IMG/VR virus record: IMGVR_UViG_3300033388_000874
Coordinates: 639-64,638 of that record
Source of the DNA: a virus
Strand: one strand, 5' to 3'
DNA: 64,000 nucleotides
In this document: piece by piece, positions 1 through 10,600 of the stretch
How the letters are laid out: the number at the start of each line of letters is the position of its first letter
Position numbering within the stretch: position 1 is the stretch's first letter
The notes under the pieces: generated by a model
The model's input: the letters and a program-made list of their open reading frames with translations, nothing else
Databases searched by the model: none
Told to the model about the DNA's origin: nothing
Program-made: the position numbers and the translations under genes

Positions 1-425
1 CTTTTAATGAGGATTTGAAATGAAAAATGCATCAACTAGCTCTACCAAAGGCGTCTCTTGGCCTCATCCATGCAAGGGCGCGAAGGAAGGCTATAATCAG
101 GTAGGTGGCGAAAGTCATTCGTCTGTTAGCCCTAGCCAGTTCTGTGGGCCAACCAAAGGCAACCGTGACTTACCGATTGACCGTACCGCTGGTGCCAGTC
201 AAGGCCAGTACTCAGGTAAGTGATGAAAGTCCCTAAACCCAAAAGCAGGGTTGTAAATTCCCATCGCTTGTCGAGTCTCGACGGCGTGAAGGATATTAAG
301 CTCGGCCCAGCATCGGTCGAAGCTCGGCAAGAGGGCAACGCTCACGTAACCGGCAAGGGGGTCGAACGTGATGATTCTGGATTTGATGACGTAGAGGAAC
401 GTCGTAAGAGATATGGCTTCCTTTA

Positions 426-665
426 TTGAAACCCACACCTGAAGTAGTACAGGCTCTAGCCAACCTCCGTACGAGCCACGACTTTAAGACCTTCCTTGGT
501 TGGATCGAGGAGGGTCTTGAGTCTGCCCGTGGTACGTGCGAGAGGCACACGGCTGACGAAAAGCTGTATCGAGCGCAAGGCATCTGCCAAGCACTGCGCA
601 CCATCAAAGAAGTAAATGAGGAATCACCGAAGTTACTAGAAAAGTTCAAATCAAAAAACCCCTAA
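426..665 (+). CDS. hypothetical small protein upstream of scaffold (TTG start in ORF track, no clear RBS)
   Basis: 79-aa ORF contiguous with two further small ORFs (20..223, 220..429) via ATGA-type overlaps; no recognisable motifs. Confidence 0.25.
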   Translation: MKPTPEVVQALANLRTSHDFKTFLGWIEEGLESARGTCERHTADEKLYRAQGICQALRTIKEVNEESPKLLEKFKSKNP

Positions 666-680
666 CCAAGAGGAATACGC

Positions 681-1748
681 ATGAGTACTAGAGACACGAC
701 GAAAGGCAATGCGCTCCCAGCAGCCGTACAAAAACAGGTTGATGAGGCAGACGCAATAATCAAACAGATGCAGGCAGTAGAAGATGCCGACCCTGCCGCA
801 GACCCAGCAGACCCAGCAGCAGTCGTTACTGACCCACCGACTGAGCCTGTACCCGAACCGACACCTGAACCTGAACCAGCAACCGAACGTGTCGACTGGA
901 AGCAAAAGTTTCTGGTGCTTCAGGGCAAGTACAATAATGAGGTTCCCATCCTACACTCCGACTTAAAGGAAGCGCGTGGCGCAATGGGTGGGTTACAAGA
1001 CCAACTGAATACATTGACAGCGACCGTCGCTTCTATGAAGGAGTTACGAACCAACCCGCCTGAACCTGCAACACCGCTCGTTTCCGCCGAGGAAGTTGAG
1101 CAGTTCGGGCCTGACCTCATTGACCTTATTGGGCGTGTTGCCAAGCAAGAACTTGGCGTTACGCTGGACGATAAGCTGAAGCCTGTGAAGGCAAGTGTCA
1201 AACAGGTGGAAGGAAAGGTTGCACAGAACGAAACATCTGTGGCACAATCGGCTCGTGAGAAGTTATACGACACGCTAGACAGAGAAGTCGGAGACTGGAG
1301 TACCATTAACAAGAGCGAACCGTTCTTGAAGTGGCTCGCCGAGGAAGACGATCTGACTGGAATAGTAAGAGGCAACATCCTCCGTACAGCTTTTGACAGG
1401 AACGACACAACGCGAGTTGTGAAGTTTTTTAACAGCTTTCAGAAAGAACACGTGGTTGAAACAACTGACCCCGTGCCTGCTACTCCAGCAGCGGATGAAA
1501 CACCTGCCGCAGCGGAACCACAGCAGACATTGGATGAATTGGTGGCCCCCGGAACGCCTAAAACCGGGTCAACTGGCGCTCAAGAGGAAAGCGGAAAAGG
1601 TCGGATTTGGAACCAAAAGCTGATTAACGAGTTCTACGAATATAAGAACGAGTTCGTCAAGAAGAACCCCGGAAAGGATATGCCAAAAGATATGGCATCA
1701 ATAGAACGGGATTTATTCAAGGCGCAGCATGAGGGAAGAATTCGGTAA
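681..1748 (+). CDS. putative head scaffolding protein
   Basis: 355 aa, very acidic with a Pro/Glu/Ala-rich repeat tract (DPAADPADPAAVVTDPPTEPVPEPTPEPEP), coiled-coil-like segments, immediately upstream of the capsid gene as in T7-like head modules; RBS GAGGAA before ATG. Confidence 0.5.
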   Translation: MSTRDTTKGNALPAAVQKQVDEADAIIKQMQAVEDADPAADPADPAAVVTDPPTEPVPEPTPEPEPATERVDWKQKFLVLQGKYNNEVPILHSDLKEARGAMGGLQDQLNTLTATVASMKELRTNPPEPATPLVSAEEVEQFGPDLIDLIGRVAKQELGVTLDDKLKPVKASVKQVEGKVAQNETSVAQSAREKLYDTLDREVGDWSTINKSEPFLKWLAEEDDLTGIVRGNILRTAFDRNDTTRVVKFFNSFQKEHVVETTDPVPATPAADETPAAAEPQQTLDELVAPGTPKTGSTGAQEESGKGRIWNQKLINEFYEYKNEFVKKNPGKDMPKDMASIERDLFKAQHEGRIR

Positions 1749-1816
1749 TTAACCGTTAATTTTTCAGGCTATAAACAGGGTTCCATCAGTACTGCAATAG
1801 TCTAGGAGCGCAAGAA

Positions 1817-2836
1817 ATGGCATTTCCAGTAGACGCGACCCCTTTTGCGGGCGCGACCCCATCACCAGCATACACTGGTGTATTCATCCCCGCTGTTTGG
1901 TCGGGCAAACTTGTAGAGAAATTCTACAAGGCGACCGTATTAGGGGCCATCGCTAACACTGACTACGAAGGCGAGATCAAGAACTATGGCGATAAGGTCG
2001 AGATTCGCTCTCGTCCAGACATCACCATTTCTGTTTATGAAGCAGATACCGATCTTGTACCCACCCGTCCGTCAGTAGCCAAGCAAACCATGAACATCGA
2101 ACACGGCAGGTACTTCAACCTTGCTCTTGATGATGTCATGGAGATTCAGTCTGACATCGACCAGTTGTCGATTTGGGCAGAAGACGCTGCCGAGCAGATG
2201 AAGATCAACATCGACAACCAAGTACTTAACGGTACGGTGAACGGTGATGGTTCAGGTCTGACAGGTAACGCTGGCATCCCAGCAGCCAATAAAGGTTTGA
2301 CCGCTGGTGTGTTGTCTAGCTCAATTCGTCTCGGTACGACCGCCGCTGCCCACTTCGTCTCGAAGAACGGCACTGCTGGTGCAGTACAAGATGGCGCATT
2401 GGTTTCGACTGCGATGTCTGTAACTGACTTCATCGTCAATTGCGGCACCGTCCTTGATGAGCAGAACCTTCCTGAGTCCGGTCGCTTTATGGTTATCCCG
2501 GCTTGGCTCGCAGGACAGATTAAGAAGTCTGACCTGAAGGATGCTTCTCTCGCTGGTGACGGCACGTCGATCCTGCGTAATGGTCGTTTGGGTATGGTTG
2601 ATCGTTTCACGATCTACATCTCCAACGTACTAGCAATTCCTGACACCCATACTGAGTGGCCGGTTCTGTTCGGCACGAAGGCGGCTGTTAGTTTTGCATC
2701 GCAGTTCACGAAGCTCGAAACCATCCGATCTGAGCGTTCGTTCTCGAACTTGCTCCGAGGACTCCAAGTCTTCGGTTACAAGGTCGTAAACGGCGTGGCG
2801 CTCGGTGAGGCATACATACTGCCGGGCAACGACTAA
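1817..2836 (+). CDS. major capsid protein (HK97-fold, T7-like position)
   Basis: 339 aa, follows the scaffold gene, followed by a strong hairpin/terminator as T7 Tphi follows gene 10; size and composition typical of podoviral coat proteins; RBS AGGAG 8 nt upstream. Confidence 0.7.
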   Translation: MAFPVDATPFAGATPSPAYTGVFIPAVWSGKLVEKFYKATVLGAIANTDYEGEIKNYGDKVEIRSRPDITISVYEADTDLVPTRPSVAKQTMNIEHGRYFNLALDDVMEIQSDIDQLSIWAEDAAEQMKINIDNQVLNGTVNGDGSGLTGNAGIPAANKGLTAGVLSSSIRLGTTAAAHFVSKNGTAGAVQDGALVSTAMSVTDFIVNCGTVLDEQNLPESGRFMVIPAWLAGQIKKSDLKDASLAGDGTSILRNGRLGMVDRFTIYISNVLAIPDTHTEWPVLFGTKAAVSFASQFTKLETIRSERSFSNLLRGLQVFGYKVVNGVALGEAYILPGND

Positions 2837-2856
2837 CCGTCGCTGTTTGACAAACC

Positions 2857-2897
2857 AGACCCCGGTCGCATCCCAATGGTGCGGCTGGGGCTTTCTC
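2857..2897 (+). terminator. putative intrinsic terminator / attenuator after the capsid gene
   Basis: GACCCCGGtCGCA-tcccaatgg-TGCGgCTGGGG stem (about 10 bp with one bulge) followed by CTTTCTC; same position as Tphi in T7-like phages. Confidence 0.4.
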
Positions 2898-2910
2898 AAG
2901 GAGCAGTTCG

Positions 2911-3288
2911 GTGGCTAAGTCGTATGAGAATCTTGTGTTTGAGGCCCGTGAGATGTTGCAAGACACCGACTCGGTAACGCCTCGATACACTGACTCCACG
3001 CTACTGAATATCCTTAACCGGGGTTTACAAGACCTTTCGCGTATCCGCCCGGACATCACCTACACCCTTTTTACAGGCAATTCTCTGGAAGTCCCCGAGA
3101 TTGTCGAGACTGCCCCCGGCGCTGGACAGGTCATTTGGTCTGACCCCTTTGGCTTGGAGATGCAGTTCTATCCCACGATGCTTTCGTACCTTGTTGGACT
3201 GGCCGAGATCACTGACGACGAGTATAGTGAAGACGGCAGAGCAGCTTTGTTCATGCAAGCCTTCCACAACAACGCGATAGGTATTTAA
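2911..3288 (+). CDS. hypothetical virion protein (head-tail adaptor candidate)
   Basis: 125-aa ORF, GTG start 7 nt after AAGGAG; position between capsid and tail genes. Confidence 0.45.
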   Translation: MAKSYENLVFEAREMLQDTDSVTPRYTDSTLLNILNRGLQDLSRIRPDITYTLFTGNSLEVPEIVETAPGAGQVIWSDPFGLEMQFYPTMLSYLVGLAEITDDEYSEDGRAALFMQAFHNNAIGI

Positions 3289-3289
3289 C

Positions 3290-3958
3290 GTGGCTACCGA
3301 ATACACCGAAGTTTTCGACACCATTCTCCAAGACACGATCCCCGAATTACCGGGTGCGTTACGTGCGGTTGCGAAGCGTGAACTTCGATTGGCATTGCGG
3401 GAGTTCTTCGAGAAGTCCCACGCATGGACTACCACCGTGGAGGCCATTGCACTGCCAGCGGGTAAGACCCCCGTGCAGATTGATGATTTAGATGCCAACA
3501 CTGAGATTATTGGTATCTTGAGACTTAGCATCGGGAACGATACTGAGGGGTACAGGGAATTGGCACCATTACCTAACCGCCCACTTGGGGTTGAGACAGG
3601 TACCAAACCTTCGTGTTGGTTCACGTCGTCCAACCCAGATGAGTTCATCCAGTACCCATACCCAGCCAATGCCCCGACTGATGTTGCGGTGGCCGATGTT
3701 GCTTTGATACCCGCGTTTGATACTGAGCTATTACCGAGACAGATCACGCTGAAATACTATGAGGCCATCGTCAACGGGTTCCTTGCACGTATGTATAACC
3801 ACCCGAACAAGCCCTACTCCGCACCTGCCGCCGCTGGCGGGCATCGGCTCGCGTTTGTTAGTGCTATTGGGTACTATGCTGCGCAGCGGAAACAAGGCTA
3901 TAATGGTGCCCCGAACTGGAGATTCCCCTCGGGTTGGAACATACCAAAGGCAGGGTGA
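3290..3958 (+). CDS. hypothetical virion structural protein
   Basis: 222-aa ORF tightly packed in the late operon. Confidence 0.45.
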   Translation: MATEYTEVFDTILQDTIPELPGALRAVAKRELRLALREFFEKSHAWTTTVEAIALPAGKTPVQIDDLDANTEIIGILRLSIGNDTEGYRELAPLPNRPLGVETGTKPSCWFTSSNPDEFIQYPYPANAPTDVAVADVALIPAFDTELLPRQITLKYYEAIVNGFLARMYNHPNKPYSAPAAAGGHRLAFVSAIGYYAAQRKQGYNGAPNWRFPSGWNIPKAG

Positions 3959-3964
3959 TAAGAC

Positions 3965-5083
3965 ATGGCTAACATTGTATTTACAAATAACGCAAGCGCA
4001 CTCCTTGCCGCTTCAATTGTACCCGCTGACACGACTATGCAAGTCGCTGTGGGTTTCGGTGATTTATTCCCCGTCGTAACCGCTCCGCAGTATGCGTACG
4101 CGACGCTGGAAGATGACGCAGGCGAACTTGAGGTCGTGAAGATAACTGCGCGAGCAGCCCTCAGTGATCTTTTGACAATCGTGCGGGCGCAGGAAGGTAC
4201 GACTGCTAAGAGCTTCACACTGTCTGTTACACGTGTTGAGCTTCGGCTGACGAAGGCGACGATGGAGGAGTTCGCGCAGGTCAACGGATTCACGATGACC
4301 GGCGACATCGACCTCAACCAGAACAACCTCGTCGACGCCCTTATCAACGGCGTGAATACTAGGATTACACAGGGCCAGATCGCTGGACTGCCATTGCGCG
4401 GTGCAGTCGATCTTACCTCGAATGAAATCGTCGTCCCCTCTGGTGGCGGTAGAGCCACTGCCGGTGGAGCCACACTGCTATTAACTGGTGATGACATAGT
4501 GGCTGAACTAGACACTGCTGGAATCATCATACTCAACAGCGCGACAGTGGGCGTACGTATCCCGGCCAGTGCTTACCTACGTGTGGAGGGTTCTACAACT
4601 GCCGAGTACTTTGAAATCACCCACGACGAAGTGGATGTGAATTTCGCGTTCGGTAACGCTGCCAACCTAAACCTCCCGATTATCCTGAACATGACTGATG
4701 TGATTCAGATGAATGATAACGAGGTACTTCGCGCACTGTTTGTTGACTTCGCGGTGAAGAAGCAGTCGGTGAGTGGAATTGCAACAACCGTTGTCGACTA
4801 TGAAGCTGGTTCGTATATCACGCTGACGCTTACCGCAGACATCGCCACACTCACCCTAGATAACCCACCAGCTACGGAAGTCGGCGTGTTCCGATTCAAG
4901 ATCATTCAGGATGCGACCCCCCGAGCGATTACATGGCCCGCTAATACAAAATGGCCCGAGGGTGGTCAAGCGCCCATACTAAGTGTTGGCCCCAGTTCCA
5001 TAGACTTCGTTGATCTCTGGACTGATGATGGTGGCGTAACTTGGTATGGTGGATTCAATGTGAACTGGACAGTACCAGTTTAG
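3965..5083 (+). CDS. hypothetical virion structural protein
   Basis: 372-aa ORF in the late operon; beta-rich composition. Confidence 0.45.
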   Translation: MANIVFTNNASALLAASIVPADTTMQVAVGFGDLFPVVTAPQYAYATLEDDAGELEVVKITARAALSDLLTIVRAQEGTTAKSFTLSVTRVELRLTKATMEEFAQVNGFTMTGDIDLNQNNLVDALINGVNTRITQGQIAGLPLRGAVDLTSNEIVVPSGGGRATAGGATLLLTGDDIVAELDTAGIIILNSATVGVRIPASAYLRVEGSTTAEYFEITHDEVDVNFAFGNAANLNLPIILNMTDVIQMNDNEVLRALFVDFAVKKQSVSGIATTVVDYEAGSYITLTLTADIATLTLDNPPATEVGVFRFKIIQDATPRAITWPANTKWPEGGQAPILSVGPSSIDFVDLWTDDGGVTWYGGFNVNWTVPV

Positions 5084-5094
5084 GGAGCGCAACC

Positions 5095-5586
5095 ATGTTT
5101 CCCTTTGCCAGCTTACTCAGCGGTAATTTTATAGATAGCTCCCTTGCCCTCCTTGGCACAGATGCCCCTGTAACTATTACTGGGACGAAGGGTGGTAGTA
5201 GCTTTGGTTGCGCTTACGCTGGGCTTATATTTCAAACCGATGGCGACCTATTGAAGCGACAAGGCGGGTCTGCTGATACTCCGTCAGCAGGTGCGGATGT
5301 ATGGATTCATAGTGATGTAAAACCCATCACAAATGCTGATGACTATGAGGTAAGGATAGTAATCATATCTGGCCCAACAGGTTCGGCGCTCCAAGGTTCC
5401 CATACTACAACGGTGTGGCATACAATAAATGCACAGATTAGCTGGTGGATTACATCTTGCGGTGATCGAACTGATGACACGACCAATACGGTCGACGTTG
5501 AGGTCAGCATCCGTAAGATTGCCGATCCCTTTAACACTGAGATAACAGGCGAGCTTACGTTCACTGCTCACTGGACTGGGGAGTAG
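5095..5586 (+). CDS. hypothetical structural protein
   Basis: ATG at 5095 preceded by GGGAG (track extends to a TTG at 5041 that overlaps the upstream gene); 163 aa. Confidence 0.4.
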   Translation: MFPFASLLSGNFIDSSLALLGTDAPVTITGTKGGSSFGCAYAGLIFQTDGDLLKRQGGSADTPSAGADVWIHSDVKPITNADDYEVRIVIISGPTGSALQGSHTTTVWHTINAQISWWITSCGDRTDDTTNTVDVEVSIRKIADPFNTEITGELTFTAHWTGE

Positions 5587-5589
5587 CAG

Positions 5590-8232
5590 ATGCCCGGTCT
5601 TAAACTAGAAGCATTCATGGGGCTTATCCCCCGTTCGTCGCCTCGACTCCTGCCACCAATGGCCGCGACGCAAGCCCGCAATACCAAACTCCTGAATGGA
5701 GAGGTTCGTGGCTTTCGTGCGTTGCGTGAGGAAGCAGACTTCTCGGCGGGTAATGTAACCCCAGTTCGCCGTGCGATGCGTGTCGTCGATAATGCCGGGA
5801 TACTTGCTGACACATGGCTCACATTCGATAGCCGAGATGTGGACATCGTTCGCAGCCCCATAGTCAACGATACCTTTGATCGATACTTTTGGGCGGGTGA
5901 TGGCCGACCGAAGATGAACACTTATGCGCGTATCCAGAACGGCGATCCAGAATACTTCCTCGGCATACCGATCCCCCAGAATGCGCCAGCAGTGACGCCA
6001 CCGGCAGGGACAGATGAAACACGCGCCTACGTCTACACTTTCGTAAGTGAGTTCGGCGAGGAGGGGCAACCATCCCCACCTATTGTTGCAACAGGTAATG
6101 CGGGCCAATGGGACTTATCGGGTATAGACACAACTGTACCCGATTCTGGATCACGTGCGTTCGGCGTTGGTGCGGTAGTGAAAATCTACCGGACGGTGAC
6201 TGGTGGGACAAGCTCAAACTTCTACTATGTCGATGAGATTGCGTTCGGCACTGCCGTTTATGCTGATAATGAATCGAGCGCCGACGTAGCTGCGAACTCC
6301 TTACTTGAGTCGACACTATGGGCTGAACCTCCAATCGACCTAGAAGGGTTTATTGTAATGCCGAACGGCTACCTCATCGGGTGGAAAGGTCGTCGGCTGG
6401 TATTCTCAGAGGCGTACCGCCCACACGCATGGCCTGCCGAGTACGAACTCAGTACCGAGTTCCCGATTGTCGGCCTCGTCGTATGGGGTTCGACACTTGT
6501 GATTGGAACCAAGTCACAACCATACTTCGGGCAAGGCAATAGCCCTCTTTCATTCACCATGCAGAAGCTCGATGCTGTCGAACCATGCTTGTCCCGCCGT
6601 GGCATGGTGGCTACGACTGCGGGTGCGTACTATCCATCGATCAATGGCCTTATTCTTGCCAATTCAAGTGGTGCTAAAGTTATTACGCAGGACATCTTAA
6701 CGAAGGAAGAATGGGCCACCTATAACCCCTCTGACATTTACGCTGCCCAACTAGGCTTGCAGTACATTGCGTTTAACAGCGAGACTTTTGGATTCATATT
6801 CAATCCAACGGAGCCGCAGACCAAGCTCGTGGAGCTTGATAGTTTCAACGATGTCGAGGGTATTGAGACTGACCGCTATTCAGGTAACGTACTCCTGTTA
6901 GCAAACAACCGAGCGATGGAGTGGGATCGACTCTCCTCCGAGCGACTTAACTGGCGGTGGCAGTCGAAACTGTATCACTTCCCCGAACCGATGAACTTCG
7001 GAGCAGTACGACTGCACTTCAATACTGGCACCGATGATGTATCGTTGGATGTAGAGCAGTATTACGGTTCCTACAACGAAGCGTTATTCGCTGCCGTGCC
7101 ATCGGGTACGGCTCCCGCCGCTGGCGATGAGTTTTGGGATGATGTTATCTACCTCGCCAAGTGGGAAGGCTCCGATGCAGCCACCGCTTACACAGAGTTG
7201 GCGCAGTCGGACGTTCAGAACTTCTACGGTAACGCCCAGCTTGATACAGCGTTCTTCAATTTCGGTGCTTCCTCTCTGTTGATGGATGGTACGACAGATG
7301 GCGTACAGTCGACCGGCAACACTATCTTTGCAGTAATTAGCACTGACGACGTGACAGTTGAAGGCTTTGTCCGTTTCGCCAGCCTACCCACAGCTGGCAA
7401 TCAGATGGCCCTCGTCAACCATGCGCAGCAAGACGCGCATGTGCATGAGATGACTATCGTGAATACCGCAGGTGTGTATACACTTGAGGGTAGAACTGGC
7501 TTCGGGGGTCAGCCTTTCGGTACCATTTCTGGTACACCGGCAACGGGTGTCCAGCACCATTTTGCTATGGTACGTAGGTACAACGCCGGAACACCGTGGG
7601 TAGACCTTTACTGGAATGGTACTCGGCTCTCAACTACGCAGAGTAACAACAACCCTTCAGCAGCCACCGCCCTTCCGATCACAATCGGTGCTTGGGATAA
7701 CGCGACCAATCAGACCTTCACTCAGGTTTTGGATGGGCATATTGATGATGTCCGTATAACCTTGGCCGCACGGTACACCGGAGCAACGCTCACGGTTCCT
7801 ACTACTGACTTCCTAACCAATGCCCCCGACTCTGGTATAGAACGCCGGGGGCTGAACACGCTCAACGGGCATGTCCTCGGTGGCGGTGGCGCGGGTATCG
7901 ACCAAAGCACGATGCTCCCCCTCGACGGTGGCGCTGCGGCACAGGCGAGTGGCCTTGTACCAAGCTGGACTGAGCCTGAGACGCGCCAACCACTCGGCGG
8001 GAGTCTGCTATACCCATTGACGTTTTTGTCATTCCAGACGCTTGCAGTGCGCCTGAAAGTGAAGACAGGGCCGGACGGAACAGTACGGTTCGATAAGGTG
8101 ATATACAACGAGAACATCGTCCGACTACCCACTGGGTACAAGGCAGACTTATGGCAATTTGATTTGTACGGCAACACTGACCTTTACTCCGTCCAGATAG
8201 GTACTACTCCCCGTGCATTGAAGCAAGTCTAA
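5590..8232 (+). CDS. large tail protein with LamG/ConA-like lectin-jellyroll domain
   Basis: 880 aa; segment '...FAVISTDDVTVEGFVRFASLP...TFTQVLDGHIDDVRITLAARY' matches the laminin-G/concanavalin-like pattern (hydrophobic core ending in G.IDDVRIy). Confidence 0.55.
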   Translation: MPGLKLEAFMGLIPRSSPRLLPPMAATQARNTKLLNGEVRGFRALREEADFSAGNVTPVRRAMRVVDNAGILADTWLTFDSRDVDIVRSPIVNDTFDRYFWAGDGRPKMNTYARIQNGDPEYFLGIPIPQNAPAVTPPAGTDETRAYVYTFVSEFGEEGQPSPPIVATGNAGQWDLSGIDTTVPDSGSRAFGVGAVVKIYRTVTGGTSSNFYYVDEIAFGTAVYADNESSADVAANSLLESTLWAEPPIDLEGFIVMPNGYLIGWKGRRLVFSEAYRPHAWPAEYELSTEFPIVGLVVWGSTLVIGTKSQPYFGQGNSPLSFTMQKLDAVEPCLSRRGMVATTAGAYYPSINGLILANSSGAKVITQDILTKEEWATYNPSDIYAAQLGLQYIAFNSETFGFIFNPTEPQTKLVELDSFNDVEGIETDRYSGNVLLLANNRAMEWDRLSSERLNWRWQSKLYHFPEPMNFGAVRLHFNTGTDDVSLDVEQYYGSYNEALFAAVPSGTAPAAGDEFWDDVIYLAKWEGSDAATAYTELAQSDVQNFYGNAQLDTAFFNFGASSLLMDGTTDGVQSTGNTIFAVISTDDVTVEGFVRFASLPTAGNQMALVNHAQQDAHVHEMTIVNTAGVYTLEGRTGFGGQPFGTISGTPATGVQHHFAMVRRYNAGTPWVDLYWNGTRLSTTQSNNNPSAATALPITIGAWDNATNQTFTQVLDGHIDDVRITLAARYTGATLTVPTTDFLTNAPDSGIERRGLNTLNGHVLGGGGAGIDQSTMLPLDGGAAAQASGLVPSWTEPETRQPLGGSLLYPLTFLSFQTLAVRLKVKTGPDGTVRFDKVIYNENIVRLPTGYKADLWQFDLYGNTDLYSVQIGTTPRALKQV

Positions 8233-8837
8233 TGCCGCAAATTTCATTCAAACCGAACAAGGCTTATCCTTCGATACCTACGGTTGGTGACACACTGGAT
8301 TCACACTCCCGTGCGCTTGAGGCAATCAGGGAAGCTGTTCAGATTCACGAGCGCCGTACCAAGGATGTACTCGACAGCTTCGTGCGCGTGAACGAACTGG
8401 TTACTCTCGGTTTGATAAGTGTGGATGGAAACGTCGTTGAGGATGGTGGTAGTGACCAAGAGTCGACCACTCACGTCCACGACACTCTATACATACGTTT
8501 GGATGGTGCGTCACCCGCCGCAACGGGCCTAATCAACTTCGGTGCCGGTATTGATGTAACAGGTAACATAGGTGTGTCTGGAACTGTCGATGGCCGCGAT
8601 GTGGCCGCAGACGGTACCGCACAGGACTCCCATATCGCTGATACCTCGATACACCACGGCGATCATTCTGGTGAAGTAACTGGCGTGGCCGAGGTATTGA
8701 CGCTCGATGTGACATCTATTACTAACAGGGGTACCATAGTGGCTGATGCTGCTGACGAAGTTTCGTTGAAGGACGATTCCGATGGAACCCTACGCAAGAC
8801 TTCTCTCAACTCAATAACTGATGGCGGGTATTTCTAA
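8232..8837 (+). CDS. tail fibre-associated protein
   Basis: 201 aa; contains a 'VDGRDVAADGTAQDSHIADTSIHHGDH' type repeat common in phage tail-fibre proteins; ATGA overlap with the upstream gene. Confidence 0.45.
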   Translation: MPQISFKPNKAYPSIPTVGDTLDSHSRALEAIREAVQIHERRTKDVLDSFVRVNELVTLGLISVDGNVVEDGGSDQESTTHVHDTLYIRLDGASPAATGLINFGAGIDVTGNIGVSGTVDGRDVAADGTAQDSHIADTSIHHGDHSGEVTGVAEVLTLDVTSITNRGTIVADAADEVSLKDDSDGTLRKTSLNSITDGGYF

Positions 8838-10600
8838 TGGCGAACACAATTCGGATCACACGATCCAACTCAACTAACACTCCAGCTGCATTGGCGCAGG
8901 GCGAACTTGCTTTTTCTGAGTCGGACTCTGGCAACAGTGTCGGCGAATTATTTATCGGTATAGCTGGGCCGGGTGTCCAGAAGATCGCAACGCTTACCGG
9001 CGCTGCTGCTGCTGAACCGAATGATTCGGCACAGAACAACCAAACGATCACAACTGGCCTCGGCATCGATGGTGCGGAGGCTGGTGATTCTGGCAACATC
9101 ACAATTAGCTTCGACCCGAACGAGCTTGTCAATACATCCCCAGTAACCGCAGATTACATCGTCTTTGAGGATGTCACTGACAGCGCACCAAAGAAGGCAT
9201 TACTAAGTACCTTCCCTCTTGGCCTGTTCAGCAATGACCAGAACTGGAATAACTACACCCACCCCCATCACTCAGGACAGGTAATCTCGGTTAATGATGG
9301 TGCGCAATCTCTGCACGTTTCAGCCATCACAGCCCAACCTGCCAGTGGTGCCCTTATCGGCACTGATACGCTTCTGACTAACGATGGCGGCGTATTGTCC
9401 GAGTCCACGTTCAACCAGTTGGTGACATACTTCAACGCCAACCTGTCTTTCCCAGCCGAGGCTGACACGCTCGCGTTGGTAACTGGTCGTGGCGCAACAA
9501 CCGCAGTCGAGTCGACCTTCAGTGGTGGCCTCCTCATGGCCGACAGCAATATCAACCGTGCGGTGCTTGAAGACTTCGGTGTAACCCACCAAACACCGAC
9601 AGTATCGACAAACGCGGTTACGATCAATTGCACCCTCGGCAACTCCGTACTGATCGACCTCGACCCGGCTACGGCTGATGTTACCGTGACACTTAGCAAC
9701 CCACCAGCCTCGGGAACCTACGGCGAGTTAAGCATCGCCGTCGTTATGGGTACACCAGCCCACGGCATAACATGGCCGGGAACTGTTGTATGGATGGGCG
9801 GTGGCGCTCCGACTCTTACAACGACTAACGATGTGGTCGACCTCATTCATCTCTTTACAGTGGACGGTGGCACGATTTGGTTCGGTACTTACTCACTTGC
9901 CGCTGCGGGTGCTTCCGGTACATTGTCTGGATTGACGGATGTAACACTTACGACCCCCGCCGATGCTGACATGCTGTTGTATGACACAGGAACGTCCATG
10001 TGGCGCGATGCAACAATGTCCGGTGATGCTTCAATCATTGACGACGGTACCATCACGGTATCCAACTCGGCTGCACTGGGAGGCACCGCTGCCGCCAGTT
10101 ACGCCCTGATAGCTAACGCAGTGATGGAGGCTGATACTGCTACTACGGGCTGGGGCTTCGTTCTCGATCAGGACACACTTTCTGACGATTCAGATACGAA
10201 ATTAGCCACCCAGCAATCCATTAAGGCGTATGTAGATAATGCTGTAGTGGGTGGGATGACCCATAAAGGCGGATACAACGCAACGACTAACATCCCGGCA
10301 TTGGATACGGGAAGCCCAACACTGGTGAAGGGTGATTTATATACAGTCACCACTGGTGGTACGTTCTTCACCGTTGAGTTGGAGATTGGCGATACTCTGA
10401 TCGCTGATGTCGACTCGGTTGATGCAGCAAATGTAGGTGACTGGACTATCGTACAGACCAACATCGGTGCGGCGACCGAAGCGGTACCGGGTTATATCGA
10501 GCTTGCAACACAAGGCGAGATGGACACCGCTACCGACGATGCGCGGGCTGTTACCCCACTCAAGTACGCAAGCAGCACCATCGATGGGGGTACATTCTAG
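8837..10600 (+). CDS. tail fibre protein 1
   Basis: 587 aa; N-terminus 'MANTIRITRSNSTNTPAALAQGELAFSES' is the conserved tail-fibre N-terminal anchor motif; Gly/Thr/Ser-rich beta-rich body. Confidence 0.6.
   Translation: MANTIRITRSNSTNTPAALAQGELAFSESDSGNSVGELFIGIAGPGVQKIATLTGAAAAEPNDSAQNNQTITTGLGIDGAEAGDSGNITISFDPNELVNTSPVTADYIVFEDVTDSAPKKALLSTFPLGLFSNDQNWNNYTHPHHSGQVISVNDGAQSLHVSAITAQPASGALIGTDTLLTNDGGVLSESTFNQLVTYFNANLSFPAEADTLALVTGRGATTAVESTFSGGLLMADSNINRAVLEDFGVTHQTPTVSTNAVTINCTLGNSVLIDLDPATADVTVTLSNPPASGTYGELSIAVVMGTPAHGITWPGTVVWMGGGAPTLTTTNDVVDLIHLFTVDGGTIWFGTYSLAAAGASGTLSGLTDVTLTTPADADMLLYDTGTSMWRDATMSGDASIIDDGTITVSNSAALGGTAAASYALIANAVMEADTATTGWGFVLDQDTLSDDSDTKLATQQSIKAYVDNAVVGGMTHKGGYNATTNIPALDTGSPTLVKGDLYTVTTGGTFFTVELEIGDTLIADVDSVDAANVGDWTIVQTNIGAATEAVPGYIELATQGEMDTATDDARAVTPLKYASSTIDGGTF

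Noticed and set aside
1-420. Possible structured RNA (group I intron, tRNA, tmRNA) in the non-descript first 420 bp
   Set aside because: There is no P7-type GACUA/UAGUC pairing and no tRNA T-loop (GTTCRANYC) or acceptor/anticodon geometry. Three short low-complexity ORFs could equally be real small genes. It is left unresolved.
2146-2610. 154-aa antisense ORF inside the capsid gene (and similar antisense ORFs inside other large genes, e.g. 3025..3747, 3898..4536, 20092..20571)
   Set aside because: They lie opposite strongly supported long genes in a GC-rich genome, where spurious antisense ORFs are expected. They have Ala/Ser/Pro-rich low-complexity translations.
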